The notes: a model not told the origin generated them from the sequence alone. A stretch of 62,897 bases of DNA, filler included, from 8 parts of 8 records of this genome joined end to end with filler, not necessarily neighbours in it; one strand, 5' to 3'; positions 1-9,956 are shown, numbered from the whole stretch's first letter. Translations and numbers: made by a program.

Positions 1-153
1 CCTTCAATCTATGCGGCCGCCGGAAGCGAGGACAAGACCTATCATGTGATTGAGGGGGGCACGCACTATTATGCCGGTCAACCGGATCACCTTGAAAAAG
101 TAGTTGCGAAGCAGTTGAGCTGGTTGAGCAGTCATTCGTTGTTCGATGTCTGA
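1..153 (+). CDS. C-terminal fragment of a probable alpha/beta hydrolase (5' truncated)
   Basis: Frame 1 reads PSIYAAAGSEDKTYHVIEGGTHYYAGQPDHLEKVVAKQLSWL...TGA at 151-153. The 'IEGGTHYY' segment followed by a terminal helix fits the catalytic-His region of alpha/beta hydrolases. Not in the ORF track. Confidence 0.6.
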   Translation, partial: PSIYAAAGSEDKTYHVIEGGTHYYAGQPDHLEKVVAKQLSWLSSHSLFDV

Positions 154-192
154 AACAGCACACCTCCCCGCAGATATGAACAGGAGCACCAC

Positions 193-1362
193 ATGAATTC
201 CGCAATCGTTGGCTGGCATCACCTGCCGTTTGGCAAACATGCCGATGAAACAGTTGAAACCATGATCAAAGCCGCCGCAATGGGTGCGCTGGAGCATGCC
301 GGATTGGAACCGGGGGATATCGACGAGATTGTCCTGGGCCATTTCAACGCAGGCTTCTCGCAGCAAAGCTTTACGGCAAGCCTTGTGCTGCAAGCGGACA
401 GCGGCTTTCGCTTCAAGCCGGCCACCCGAGTTGAAAATGCTTGCGCCACGGGTTCCGCAGCAGTCTACCAGGCATTGAAATCCATCGCGGCGGGTGAGGC
501 CAAGACGGTTCTGGTGGTCGGAGTCGAGAAGATGACCGACTCCAAAGGCCCCGAAGTTGGAAACAACCTTCTAAGGGCGTCTTATCTTCCCGAAGAGGGC
601 GACATCGCCGGAGGGTTTGCCGGTGTGTTTGGCAAGATTGCCTCGGCGTATTTCCAAAAGTATGGCGACCAGTCGGACGCTCTGGCGCGGATCGCGGCCA
701 AAAACCATAAAAACGGGGCATCAAATCCACTTGCGCAGATGCAAATAGACCTCGGGTATGAGTTTTGCAGGACGGAAAGTGAAAAGAATCCCTTTGTTGC
801 CGGGCCTTTAAAGCGCACTGACTGTTCTCTTGTGTCGGATGGCGCTGTGGCCATGGTGATTACCAATCAGGACACCGCACAAACCATGCAGCGTGCAGTT
901 GCGTTTCGTGGCATGGCACACTGCAACGATTATTTGCCGATGTCCGGACGCGATATCCTGAAGATGGAAGGGTGCACACGCGCCTGGCAAACCGCGTTCG
1001 ACAGATCCGGCACCAGCCTAGATGATCTTTCCTTTGTAGAGACCCATGATTGTTTCACCATTGCCGAGTTGATCGAATACGAAGCGATGGGCCTTGTTCC
1101 GGCAGGACAGGGTGCGAGCGCCATTCGCGACGGGCTTGTTGATATGGATGGGAAACTTCCCGTGAACCCGTCGGGAGGCCTGAAAGCCAAGGGCCACCCC
1201 GTCGGAGCGACCGGTGTTTCCATGCACGCCATTGCCGCCATGCAGCTATGCCAAGAGATGCCAGACCCGATTCAGATCCGTGATCCAAAGCTTGCAGGGG
1301 TGTTCAACATGGGCGGCACCGCAGTCGCCAACTATGCCAGCATTCTAGAGCGGATTCGCTAA
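193..1362 (+). CDS. Thiolase-family acetyl-CoA acetyltransferase (SCP2-type)
   Basis: ENACATGS, ETHDCF, KGHPVGATG and C-terminal NMGG motifs; AGGAG RBS upstream. Confidence 0.9.
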   Translation: MNSAIVGWHHLPFGKHADETVETMIKAAAMGALEHAGLEPGDIDEIVLGHFNAGFSQQSFTASLVLQADSGFRFKPATRVENACATGSAAVYQALKSIAAGEAKTVLVVGVEKMTDSKGPEVGNNLLRASYLPEEGDIAGGFAGVFGKIASAYFQKYGDQSDALARIAAKNHKNGASNPLAQMQIDLGYEFCRTESEKNPFVAGPLKRTDCSLVSDGAVAMVITNQDTAQTMQRAVAFRGMAHCNDYLPMSGRDILKMEGCTRAWQTAFDRSGTSLDDLSFVETHDCFTIAELIEYEAMGLVPAGQGASAIRDGLVDMDGKLPVNPSGGLKAKGHPVGATGVSMHAIAAMQLCQEMPDPIQIRDPKLAGVFNMGGTAVANYASILERIR

Positions 1363-1450
1363 AGGGTCCCACTAAGGGGGACATATACCTCTCAGGGAAA
1401 TCCCTATCTTCTTCATAAATATCGCTGACCTAAAATTTGAGGAACTGACT

Positions 1451-2086
1451 ATGTCCAAAACTGATGTTCAACCGTCAAAAGCTCCGGAAATCCGCAATCC
1501 CGGCCTGACGCCAATGATGCTGAATCATGCTGCTTGGGTGACGCATGATGTCGAGGCCACCTATAATTTTTACACCCGCATCATGGGTATGGAAATCGCC
1601 AGCACGGTCATCGACGATTCCGTCCCGTCGACCGGCGACGAGTTTCCCTATTTCCACATATTCTTCAAGATGAAGGATGGATCAACCTTTGCCTTCTTTG
1701 AGGCTCCAGGCCTGCCTGCTCCTGCAAAGTCGACACACCCGGCCTATGATGTCTTCACGCACATTGCGCTTGAGGCAGAATCCAAAGATGTCCTGATGCA
1801 ATGGTACGATTGGCTGTTGGCCAATGACATTGACGTAGTTGGGCCCACCGATCACGGGATCATCTTGTCCATCTATTTCTTCGACCCCAATGGGGTTCGA
1901 CTGGAGATCACTGTTCCGTTGGATGAAAACTGGAACAACCATATCGAAACCGCGGAGCAAGATTTCAAATTGTGGACAACAGCAAAGCGGCAGGCAAAAG
2001 AAGAAGGTCGGGACGTGGTTCAAGCCATGGTCGAACTCGCTCAGAAGCGTCGTGCAGAGAGAAACCTGGCTGGCGAGGGCCACTGA
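1451..2086 (+). CDS. VOC (glyoxalase/dioxygenase) family protein
   Basis: LNHAAW...FYTRIMGME, HIALE, SIYFFDPNGVRLE; GAGGA RBS. Confidence 0.85.
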   Translation: MSKTDVQPSKAPEIRNPGLTPMMLNHAAWVTHDVEATYNFYTRIMGMEIASTVIDDSVPSTGDEFPYFHIFFKMKDGSTFAFFEAPGLPAPAKSTHPAYDVFTHIALEAESKDVLMQWYDWLLANDIDVVGPTDHGIILSIYFFDPNGVRLEITVPLDENWNNHIETAEQDFKLWTTAKRQAKEEGRDVVQAMVELAQKRRAERNLAGEGH

Positions 2087-2121
2087 CGGCCTCTTAGCAT
2101 ACCATCTTTTCAAAACCAGAA

Positions 2122-2148
2122 AAACGGGCGAATGATCGCCCGTTTCTT
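2122..2148 (+). terminator. Stem-loop after VOC gene
   Basis: AAACGGGCGA-atga-TCGCCCGTTT followed by CTT. Confidence 0.55.
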
Positions 2149-2164
2149 CGAATTAGGCTGAAGC

Positions 2165-3373
2165 ATGAAGAATGTCGTCGTCATCGGCGCAGGGCAGGCT
2201 GGTTGTTCTGTTGTAACACGGCTCCGAAGCAACGGGTTTGACGGGTCAATCACCTTGATCGGGGAAGAACCTGTTGTACCCTATCAGCGTCCCCCCTTGT
2301 CGAAACAATACCTTCAGGGAGAAATGGAGCGCCCGAGACTTTTTCTACGGCCAGAAAAATACTATTTTGACAACAACATTGATATCCGCCTCAACCAGAT
2401 GGTAACGGCGGTCGACCGTGACAATAGAACAGTGCGTTGTGGTGAAGACACGCACAGCTACACCGACCTGGTTCTGGCCACTGGTGCCAAACCTCATCGT
2501 CTTCCCCGTGCCATTGGGGGTGAACTACAGAATGTCTTTTGCGTACGGACACTGAAAGATATCGACCAGATGAAACCAGCGTTTCGTCCCGGCGCGCGGC
2601 TTTTGGTTATTGGCGGAGGATATATCGGCTTAGAGGCCGCTGCCGTAGCGGCAAAAACAGGGTTGAAGGTGACTCTTGTCGAAATGGCCGAGCGGATATT
2701 GCAGCGGGTGGCGGCAAAAGAAAGCTCTGATTACTTCCGGTCTTTGCACAAGGGGCACGGGGTCGACATACGTGAAGGCGTGGGCGTAACGCGGCTGTTG
2801 GGAGACACGCAAGTAACAGGTGCCCTGCTGTCCGATGGTTCCAAGCTGGAGGCCGACTTTGTGATATCGGGGATCGGCGTGGCCCCAGCGACCAAACTGG
2901 CCGAAGACGCCGGTTTGGCGATTGAGAACGGCGTCCGCGTTGATGAATTTGGGCGCACATCGGATGCAAACATCTGGGCGGCCGGAGATTGTGCGTCTTT
3001 CCCATATCAGGGCTCTCGTGTTCGGCTGGAAAGCGTGCCAAACGCGATCGACCAATCTGAATGCGTGGCAGACAATGTTATGGGCGCTGAAAAAGAGTAT
3101 CAGGCCAAACCTTGGTTCTGGTCAGACCAATATGATGTCAAATTGCAGATTGCAGGGCTGAACCAAGGATATGACCGTGTTGTTTCCCGGACAACGGACA
3201 ACGTCAGCAAATCGTTCTGGTATTATCAGGGAGAACGGCTGCTTGCCGTCGATGCCCTGAATGCTCCACGTGACTACATGGTCGCCAAGCGCTTGATTGA
3301 AAGCGGGAAATCACCTGTGCCAGAGTTGGTTTCCAATGTGGAGACCAATCTGAAAGCGTTGCTGCAAACATAG
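2165..3373 (+). CDS. NAD(P)H:ferredoxin reductase (putidaredoxin-reductase/HcaD-like)
   Basis: GAGQAG, YQRPPLSK, GGGYIGLE, WAAGDCA, PWFWSDQYDVKLQIAG. Confidence 0.92.
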   Translation: MKNVVVIGAGQAGCSVVTRLRSNGFDGSITLIGEEPVVPYQRPPLSKQYLQGEMERPRLFLRPEKYYFDNNIDIRLNQMVTAVDRDNRTVRCGEDTHSYTDLVLATGAKPHRLPRAIGGELQNVFCVRTLKDIDQMKPAFRPGARLLVIGGGYIGLEAAAVAAKTGLKVTLVEMAERILQRVAAKESSDYFRSLHKGHGVDIREGVGVTRLLGDTQVTGALLSDGSKLEADFVISGIGVAPATKLAEDAGLAIENGVRVDEFGRTSDANIWAAGDCASFPYQGSRVRLESVPNAIDQSECVADNVMGAEKEYQAKPWFWSDQYDVKLQIAGLNQGYDRVVSRTTDNVSKSFWYYQGERLLAVDALNAPRDYMVAKRLIESGKSPVPELVSNVETNLKALLQT

Positions 3374-3455
3374 CCTCAGGATTATCCGATCAGGTGCATT
3401 GGGGGCTACATGACGTGCCATGCGGCTCCCAGCGAAATGGCACAAGATGTGGCTC

Positions 3456-3670
3456 TATCCGCTGCGCGGGTTGCAGGTGGATCACCCCAACCGGGTCTGG
3501 GCGGCAGGCACCACTTGCCTGCCGACACGCAAGGGTTTCCCGTATCTGGTAGAGACCAAGACAGAGTTCACCTGACGACGGTCATGGAAAACGCAGTGGC
3601 AGGCGGAGATGGCCATCTTCGAATACCTGAACGGGTTCAGAAATCCGCGACGCAGAAACTCAGCAGTTGG
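3456..3670 (+). pseudogene. Decayed IS3-family transposase fragment
   Basis: Frame from 3456 reads YPLRGLQVDHPNRVWAAGTTCLPTRKGFPYLV..KTEFT*RRSWKTQWQAEMAIFEYLNGFRNPRRRNSAV. This matches the IS3 OrfB motifs PNxVWxxDIT and ELIWRR..YINGFYNPRRRHS, with an in-frame TGA at 3573 and a large internal deletion. Confidence 0.75.
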
Positions 3671-3770
3671 NNNNNNNNNNNNNNNNNNNNNNNNNNNNNN
3701 NNNNNNNNNNNNNNTTAATTAATTAANNNNNNNNNNNNNNNNNNNNNNNNNNNNNNNNNNNNNNNNNNNN
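3671..3770. other. Artificial contig-joining spacer
   Basis: N44-TTAATTAATTAA-N44 (stops in all six frames). Confidence 0.98.
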
Positions 3771-4206
3771 GCTGACCGGCGAATACCGGGTCGAGCGCAC
3801 CGACATCCTGCATGACGTGGGCCGCTCACTAAACCCGGTGCTGGACCGCGGTCAAGTCGAGGGCGCATTTCTGCAGGGGATGGGCTGGCTGACCACCGAA
3901 GAGCTTTGGTGGGACGATCAGGGCCGCCTGCGCACGCACGCGCCCTCGACCTACAAGATCCCGCTGGCCAGCGACCGGCCCCGCATCTTTAACGTCGCCT
4001 TGGCGGAATGGTCGGAAAACCGTGAGCGGACCATCAAACGGTCCAAGGCGGTGGGTGAGCCGCCCTTCATGCTGGGCATCTCCGTGTTCGAGGCGCTGTC
4101 GATGGCGGTCGCCAGCGTCGCCGACTATCGCGTCTGCCCGCGTCTGGATGCGCCCGCCACCCCCGAACGGGTGCTGATGGCCGTCGAACGGCTACGGGCG
4201 GGGTGA
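3771..4206 (+). CDS. xdhB: Xanthine dehydrogenase molybdopterin-binding subunit, C-terminal part (5' truncated)
   Basis: LTGEYRVERTDILHDVGRSLNP..GQVEGAFLQGMGWLTTEEL..SKAVGEPPFML. Confidence 0.93.
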
Positions 4207-4210
4207 TCCG

Positions 4211-5059
4211 ATGGTACGCGAAACGCTTTCCTGCTTTCTCAATCGCCCTGGCCCGGTCGTGCGCCTGCACCTGTCCCGCGTGCGCGGCTCTTCCCCGCGT
4301 GAGGCGGGGACGCAGATGTTCGTCACCGCCGAGGCGCTGTTTGGCACCATCGGCGGCGGGCAACTGGAACACCGCGCCATCGACGCCGCGCGGCAGATGC
4401 TGCGCGCCGGGGATATGGCACGCCACCTTGACCTGCCGCTTGGCCCCGAGATCGGCCAGTGCTGCGGCGGGCGGGTCGAGGTTACTCTGACCCGGATGAG
4501 CCGCTCCGACCGGCAAAAGGCCGTCGAGGCCGACATGGCGGCGCAGGACGCGCAACCCGCCGTCTATATCCTTGGCGCAGGCCATGTCGGACGGGCGTTG
4601 GCGCGTCAGTTCCAGCACCTGCCGGTGCGCACCATCCTGATCGACCAGCGCGCCGAGGAACTCAGCCTGTCCGATGCCGCTGTTGAAACACGGCACAGTG
4701 CGATCCCCGAATTCGACATCCTGACCGCCCCCGCTGGCAGCGCCTTCATCGTGCTGACCCATGATCACGGGCTGGATTTTCTGCTGGCCTCTGCCGCGCT
4801 GGAACGGCGCGACGCGGCCTATGTGGGGTTGATCGGATCGGCCACCAAGCGGGTGAAGTTCCGCAACTGGTGCCACACACATTGCGATGGCCTGTCCATT
4901 GCGCCCCTGATCTGCCCCATCGGGGCAGCCGGTAACCGCGACAAACGGCCAGCCGTGATCGCCACATTTGTCGTGGCCGAAGTGATCGCGGCGCTGACCA
5001 GTGAACCTGCCGAAGACCACCCCGAACGGGGCACCGCGCCGCATATCGCGGCGCAGTAA
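4211..5059 (+). CDS. xdhC: Xanthine dehydrogenase accessory protein
   Basis: GSSPREAG, GTIGGGQLE, GQCCGG, GAGHVG, THDH, GLIGSATK; directly after xdhB. Confidence 0.93.
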   Translation: MVRETLSCFLNRPGPVVRLHLSRVRGSSPREAGTQMFVTAEALFGTIGGGQLEHRAIDAARQMLRAGDMARHLDLPLGPEIGQCCGGRVEVTLTRMSRSDRQKAVEADMAAQDAQPAVYILGAGHVGRALARQFQHLPVRTILIDQRAEELSLSDAAVETRHSAIPEFDILTAPAGSAFIVLTHDHGLDFLLASAALERRDAAYVGLIGSATKRVKFRNWCHTHCDGLSIAPLICPIGAAGNRDKRPAVIATFVVAEVIAALTSEPAEDHPERGTAPHIAAQ

Positions 5060-5127
5060 ACAGCGCCGGCACCGGACGCCCAAGGAGGAAGGGACACCCG
5101 GTGCCGGATCACAAAGAGGAGGTCCCG

Positions 5128-6699
5128 ATGAGGGATGGGAGTTACACCTACAGGCTGTTTCACCGCAGCGACTTCAGCGCGTTCTGGGCGCTGTTCACCG
5201 ACAACCTGATCAACCTGATGGTTCTGGCGGGCATCTGCCAGTTTGTCTTTCAGATGCCGGCCGAGATTGTCTTTGGCCGCATCGTGCCGGGCGCAGCTGT
5301 TGCCATCATGGCCGGAATCGCGGTCTATGTCTGGCTCGCGAAACGCGCCGCCGCACAGCATGGCCGCGACGTCACCGCCCTGCCCTACGGCATCTCGACC
5401 CCGGTGATGTTTGTCTATCTCTTCGGCGTGATCGGCCCCATTTACTGGAGCACAAACGATCCGGTGCTGGCTTGGCAGGTGGGCATTGGCGCGGGCTTTA
5501 TGGGCGGCATCGTGGCGGCCATGGGCGCCATCGTCGGTCCCTGGCTAAAACGGGTGACACCGCGCGCGGGCATGTTGGGCACGCTCTGTGGCATCGCGCT
5601 GGTGTTCATCGGCACCGTGCCGCTGGCCATCGTGTTCGAGAATCCGTTTGTCGGCTTTGCCTCGATGATCATCATCCTCTGGGGCCTTGTCGGGCGCTTT
5701 CGGCTGCCGTGGAACATCCCCGCCGGTCTGCTGGCCCTGATTGTCGGCACGATCGTGGCCTTTGCAATGGGCGAGGCCAAAATCAGCACCGAGGGCGTCG
5801 GCTTTTACCCGCCCCTGCCCTATGTCGGCGACCTGATCGCCGGTATCCAGCATCTGTTTGCCAACCCCGAGCTGTTCCTCGTGCTGGTGCCGGTGCAGAT
5901 CTACAACTTCATCGAAACCATGAACAACGTCGAAAGCGCCGAGGCGGCGGGCGATCACTATCCCGTTGCCACCTGCCAGATCACCGACGGCGTAGGCACG
6001 ATGATCGGCGCGGTCTTTGGCTCGCCCTTCCCGACGACGGCCTATATCGGCCACCCGGCCTACAAACGCATGGGCGCGCATGCGGGCTATATCATCGGCG
6101 TCGGTGTGGTCATTCCGCTGGCCGCCTTCTTTGGCCTGCTGGCCTTCCTCAACAACCTGATCCCGGTGGCCGCTGCCGCGCCGGTTCTGGTCTTTGTGGC
6201 GCTCAGCTTGGTGACCAACACGGCGATGTCGGTGAAACCCGCGCACATGGCCGCTGTGACCATTGCGATGATGCCGCATGTCTCGGCCTTTCTGATGGTC
6301 AAATGGGGATCCATGATGGGCGCGCTGGGGGCCAGCGGAGTCGAGGGCCTGCCGCAACTTGGCGACCCGGCGCTGACCGCCGCGCTGCTGCAACAGGGCG
6401 CGCATTTCGAGGGCCATCTTGCGCTTAGCCAAGGGGCGATCCTGACCGGGCTGATCTGGGGGGCCATCGTGGCCTCGGTGATCGACGGGCGGTTCCGCAA
6501 CGCAGGCGGCTTTGCCCTTGCGGCGGCGGCGATGTCCTCTGTCGGCATCATCCACGGCGCCAGCCTGCACTGGCCGGAACTGGGCGGCGTCTCTGCCGGC
6601 TATCTGATCGCAGCGACCTTCCTCTATGTCTATCCGCTGTTCCATCGCGACGACACGCCCCAGCCCACGCTGGAAGAGGTCACAACCCCGGCGGAATAG
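5128..6699 (+). CDS. NCS2-like nucleobase (xanthine/guanine) permease
   Basis: Many hydrophobic segments, TALPYGISTP and PTTAYIGHPAYK motifs; GAGGAGG RBS before ATG 5128; located between xdhC and guaD. Confidence 0.8.
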   Translation: MRDGSYTYRLFHRSDFSAFWALFTDNLINLMVLAGICQFVFQMPAEIVFGRIVPGAAVAIMAGIAVYVWLAKRAAAQHGRDVTALPYGISTPVMFVYLFGVIGPIYWSTNDPVLAWQVGIGAGFMGGIVAAMGAIVGPWLKRVTPRAGMLGTLCGIALVFIGTVPLAIVFENPFVGFASMIIILWGLVGRFRLPWNIPAGLLALIVGTIVAFAMGEAKISTEGVGFYPPLPYVGDLIAGIQHLFANPELFLVLVPVQIYNFIETMNNVESAEAAGDHYPVATCQITDGVGTMIGAVFGSPFPTTAYIGHPAYKRMGAHAGYIIGVGVVIPLAAFFGLLAFLNNLIPVAAAAPVLVFVALSLVTNTAMSVKPAHMAAVTIAMMPHVSAFLMVKWGSMMGALGASGVEGLPQLGDPALTAALLQQGAHFEGHLALSQGAILTGLIWGAIVASVIDGRFRNAGGFALAAAAMSSVGIIHGASLHWPELGGVSAGYLIAATFLYVYPLFHRDDTPQPTLEEVTTPAE

Positions 6700-6771
6700 C
6701 GCACCACGAACAACCGGGCGGGCCGGACACGGCCCGCCCTCTTTGACCCTTTCCCAACATGGACATGCCAA

Positions 6772-8109
6772 ATGACCCAGACCCCCAGCCGGGTGCTGCT
6801 GCGCGGGCGCATCCTTGATTTCAAGGCAGAACCGCAGGACGACCGCGACACCGACGCCTTCACCTATCATGAGGACGGCGCGATCCTGATCCGGGACGGG
6901 CTGATCGAGGCCACGGGCCCCTTTGCCAGCGTGCAGGCGCAGGCGCATGATGTGCCGGTGATCGACCACAGGCCGCACCTTTTGATGGCAGGTTTCATCG
7001 ACACACATATCCATTTCCCACAGGTGCAGGTGATCGCCTCTTGGGGGGCGCAACTGCTGGACTGGCTCAACACCTACACTTTCCCCGAAGAGACCCGCTT
7101 TGCCGACCCGGTGCATGCGGCGGCGATGGCGTCGGGGTTCTACGACCTGCTGATCGGGCACGGCACCACCTCTGCGGTGGCGTTCTGTTCGGTCCACCCC
7201 ACCTCGGTCGACGCGTTTTTCACAGAGGCCGCGCGGCGCAACATGCGCATGATCGGCGGCAAGGTCATGATGGACCGCAACGCGCCAGACGGATTGCGGG
7301 ACACGCCGCAATTCTCCTACGACGACAGCAAGGCGCTGATCTCCAAATGGCACGGCAAGGGGCGCGCGCACTATGCCATCACCCCCCGCTTTGCCATCAC
7401 CTCAACCCCCGACCAATTGGACATGGCGGGCGCCTTGGTGGCCGAACATTCGGACTGCTTCCTCCAAACCCACCTGAGCGAAAATGCCGATGAGATCGCC
7501 TATACCGCGCAACTGTACCCCGACGCGCCGGATTATCTGGGGGTCTATGAGGCGCATGGCCTGCTGACACCCAAGACCCTGCTGGGCCATTCCATCCACC
7601 TGACCCCGCGTGAGATTGGCGTGCTGTCCGACACCGGCGCAAAGCCCGTGTTCTGCCCGACCTCGAACCTGTTTCTGGGCAGCGGCCTGTTCGACGATGC
7701 GGGCCTGCGCGGGCGCGGCATCTGCAACGCCATTGCCACCGACGTGGGCGCGGGCACCAGCTATTCGATGCTTCAAACCCTCAACGAGGGCTACAAGGTG
7801 CTGCAACTTCAGGGACAGAAACTGCACCCCTTGCGCGCCTTTCACTGGATCACGCGCGGCAATGCCGTGGCCCTGGGGCTGGAGGACCGCATCGGCACGC
7901 TGGCACCGGGGACAGAGGCGGACGTCATTGTCCTGAATGCTGGAGCGACACCGGCGGCGGCGCTGCGGATGGCACGGGCCGAAACCCTGTCCGAAGAGCT
8001 GTTCGTGCTGCAAATGCTGGGGGATGACCGCGCGGTGGCCGAGGTTTATCTGGCCGGTCAGGCGGCAAAGAACGGCAGCATTCCGGTGCGTGCGCTGGCT
8101 GGGGTGTGA
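6772..8109 (+). CDS. guaD: Guanine deaminase
   Basis: GFIDTHIHFPQ, ITPRFA, QTHLSEN, CPTSNLFLGSG, TDVGAGTS. Confidence 0.95.
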   Translation: MTQTPSRVLLRGRILDFKAEPQDDRDTDAFTYHEDGAILIRDGLIEATGPFASVQAQAHDVPVIDHRPHLLMAGFIDTHIHFPQVQVIASWGAQLLDWLNTYTFPEETRFADPVHAAAMASGFYDLLIGHGTTSAVAFCSVHPTSVDAFFTEAARRNMRMIGGKVMMDRNAPDGLRDTPQFSYDDSKALISKWHGKGRAHYAITPRFAITSTPDQLDMAGALVAEHSDCFLQTHLSENADEIAYTAQLYPDAPDYLGVYEAHGLLTPKTLLGHSIHLTPREIGVLSDTGAKPVFCPTSNLFLGSGLFDDAGLRGRGICNAIATDVGAGTSYSMLQTLNEGYKVLQLQGQKLHPLRAFHWITRGNAVALGLEDRIGTLAPGTEADVIVLNAGATPAAALRMARAETLSEELFVLQMLGDDRAVAEVYLAGQAAKNGSIPVRALAGV

Positions 8110-8124
8110 GACAGCCCTAACAGC

Positions 8125-8155
8125 AAAAAAGCGGCGTGCCTCGGCACGCCGCTTT
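8125..8155. terminator. Intrinsic terminator after guaD
   Basis: AAAAAAGCGGCGTGC-ctcg-GCACGCCGCTTT. Confidence 0.75.
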
Positions 8156-8215
8156 CGAAATTTTCTCAAAGGTCGACCTTACCCGTGACCGCTCTGTCCC
8201 AACGACCCTTTGCCA

Positions 8216-8315
8216 NNNNNNNNNNNNNNNNNNNNNNNNNNNNNNNNNNNNNNNNNNNNTTAATTAATTAANNNNNNNNNNNNNNNNNNNNNNNNNNNNN
8301 NNNNNNNNNNNNNNN
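8216..8315. other. Artificial contig-joining spacer
   Basis: N44-TTAATTAATTAA-N44. Confidence 0.98.
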
Positions 8316-8319
8316 CGCA

Positions 8320-9864
8320 ATGACTCAGGCCATCCTGATCGTGGACGACGACCCAGCCCAGCGCCGCATTCTTGAGGAAGTGGTCAATCGTGACGGCTAT
8401 CGCGCTATTCCAGTGGAAAGCGGCGAAGCAGCCCTCGCATATCTGGAAGGCCCATCTGGCGCGGAAATTTCCCTTGTCGTGCTTGATCTTGTCATGCCCG
8501 GCATTGACGGTATGGAAGTGCTCAAACGCACCCACCCCAGCAAGCCGAACCTCCCTATTATTGTACTCACCGCGCATGGCGGTATTGAGACGGTCGTAAA
8601 TGTCATGCGCGAAGGCGCAACCGACTTCGTAATCAAGCCTGTCAGTCCCGAACGCCTGCATGTCTCTATGCGCAATGCGCTGAAAGTTAATGCACTGACC
8701 GGCGAAATTTCACGCCTTCAAAAGAAAAAATCAGGACGCCTCACATTCGACGACCTCATCGCACGCTCGCAGGGCATGGATCAGGTGAAGCGTCTTGGCA
8801 AACGCGCCGCACAATCCAACATTCCGATTCTTATTGAAGGCGAAAGCGGCGTCGGCAAGGAACTCATCGCCAGCGCCATTCAGGGCGAGAGCGATCGCGC
8901 GGGCAAACCGTTCATTACAGTCAACTGTGGTGCCATTCCTGAAAATCTGGTCGAGAGTATTCTATTCGGCCATGAAAAAGGTGCCTTCACCGGTGCCAAC
9001 GACAAGCATGCAGGCAAATTCCAGGAAGCCAGTGGTGGCACACTATTTCTCGACGAAATTGGCGAACTCCCGCTTGATGTGCAGGTGAAGCTGCTGCGCG
9101 CCTTGCAGCAAGGCGAAGTCGATCCCGTTGGCTCCAAAAAGCCGGTAAAAGTTGATATCCGCCTGATCTCTGCCACCAATCGCGATCTGTTGCAGATGGT
9201 CAAGGAAGGCCGCTTCCGCGAAGACCTTTATTATCGCCTCAATGTTTTCCCTATGAATGTTCCGCCTCTGCGCGAACGCAAGGAAGACCTTCCGGATCTT
9301 GTCGCCCATTTCATTCGTCGCCTTTCGGCGGAAGAGGGTAAGGCAGTTGTCGGCATCTCGCATGATGCGATGACAATGCTTTCGGCTTTTGACTGGCCGG
9401 GCAATGTGCGCCAGGTCGAAAATACTGTTTTCCGCGCCATCGTTCTGAGCGACGGCGAAACACTTGAGATTTCAGACTTCCCTCAGATCGCAAGCACTGT
9501 GGAAGGCTATGCGGGTGCAGCTATGCCATTCGGTGTGCGTGAACCCTCACCTGCTCCGGTCGCACGGCCTGCCATGAACCACGATTATATTCCGGCGACA
9601 CCAATGGCTGCCGCATATAGTGAGCCTGCGGAAAACCGCAACACATTGGCTGAATTCGCCCGCTCGAATTTCTCGGACGGTATCGCGATCACCGATGACT
9701 CAGGCAATGTGCGTAAGCTGGAAGATATCGAAGCGGAAATGATCCGCCTCGCCATCGAAAAATATAAAGGTCATATGACCGAAGTTGCACGTCGCCTCGG
9801 CATCGGTCGCTCCACGCTTTATCGCAAAGTCCGCGATCTCGGCCTCGAAGTCCGCGAAAGCTGA
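8320..9864 (+). CDS. tacA: Sigma-54-dependent response regulator (REC-AAA-HTH), TacA-like
   Basis: VDDDPAQRR receiver, GESGVGKE Walker A, GAFTGA loop, WPGNVRQ, GHMTEVARRLGIGRSTLYRK HTH; closely resembles Caulobacter TacA by recall. Confidence 0.8.
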   Translation: MTQAILIVDDDPAQRRILEEVVNRDGYRAIPVESGEAALAYLEGPSGAEISLVVLDLVMPGIDGMEVLKRTHPSKPNLPIIVLTAHGGIETVVNVMREGATDFVIKPVSPERLHVSMRNALKVNALTGEISRLQKKKSGRLTFDDLIARSQGMDQVKRLGKRAAQSNIPILIEGESGVGKELIASAIQGESDRAGKPFITVNCGAIPENLVESILFGHEKGAFTGANDKHAGKFQEASGGTLFLDEIGELPLDVQVKLLRALQQGEVDPVGSKKPVKVDIRLISATNRDLLQMVKEGRFREDLYYRLNVFPMNVPPLRERKEDLPDLVAHFIRRLSAEEGKAVVGISHDAMTMLSAFDWPGNVRQVENTVFRAIVLSDGETLEISDFPQIASTVEGYAGAAMPFGVREPSPAPVARPAMNHDYIPATPMAAAYSEPAENRNTLAEFARSNFSDGIAITDDSGNVRKLEDIEAEMIRLAIEKYKGHMTEVARRLGIGRSTLYRKVRDLGLEVRES

Positions 9865-9922
9865 ATAAGAGGCACTTTTCCACACAGGGTATTCGGGCGG
9901 TTTCGTCCCCTTGTTGAGACAT

Positions 9923-9956
9923 AAACGGCGCAAGTCCAGCACTTGCGCCGTTTTTT
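9923..9956 (+). terminator. Intrinsic terminator
   Basis: AAACGGCGCAAGT-ccagc-ACTTGCGCCGTTT followed by TTT. Confidence 0.8.

Noticed and set aside
3715-3726. Recurring TTAATTAATTAA 12-mer
   Set aside because: Six-frame stop linker embedded in Ns; not a biological repeat or CRISPR
5001-7371. Long alternative ORFs 5001..6428 (+) and 5545..7371 (-)
   Set aside because: Shadow frames of the GC-rich permease and guaD; no recognisable motifs
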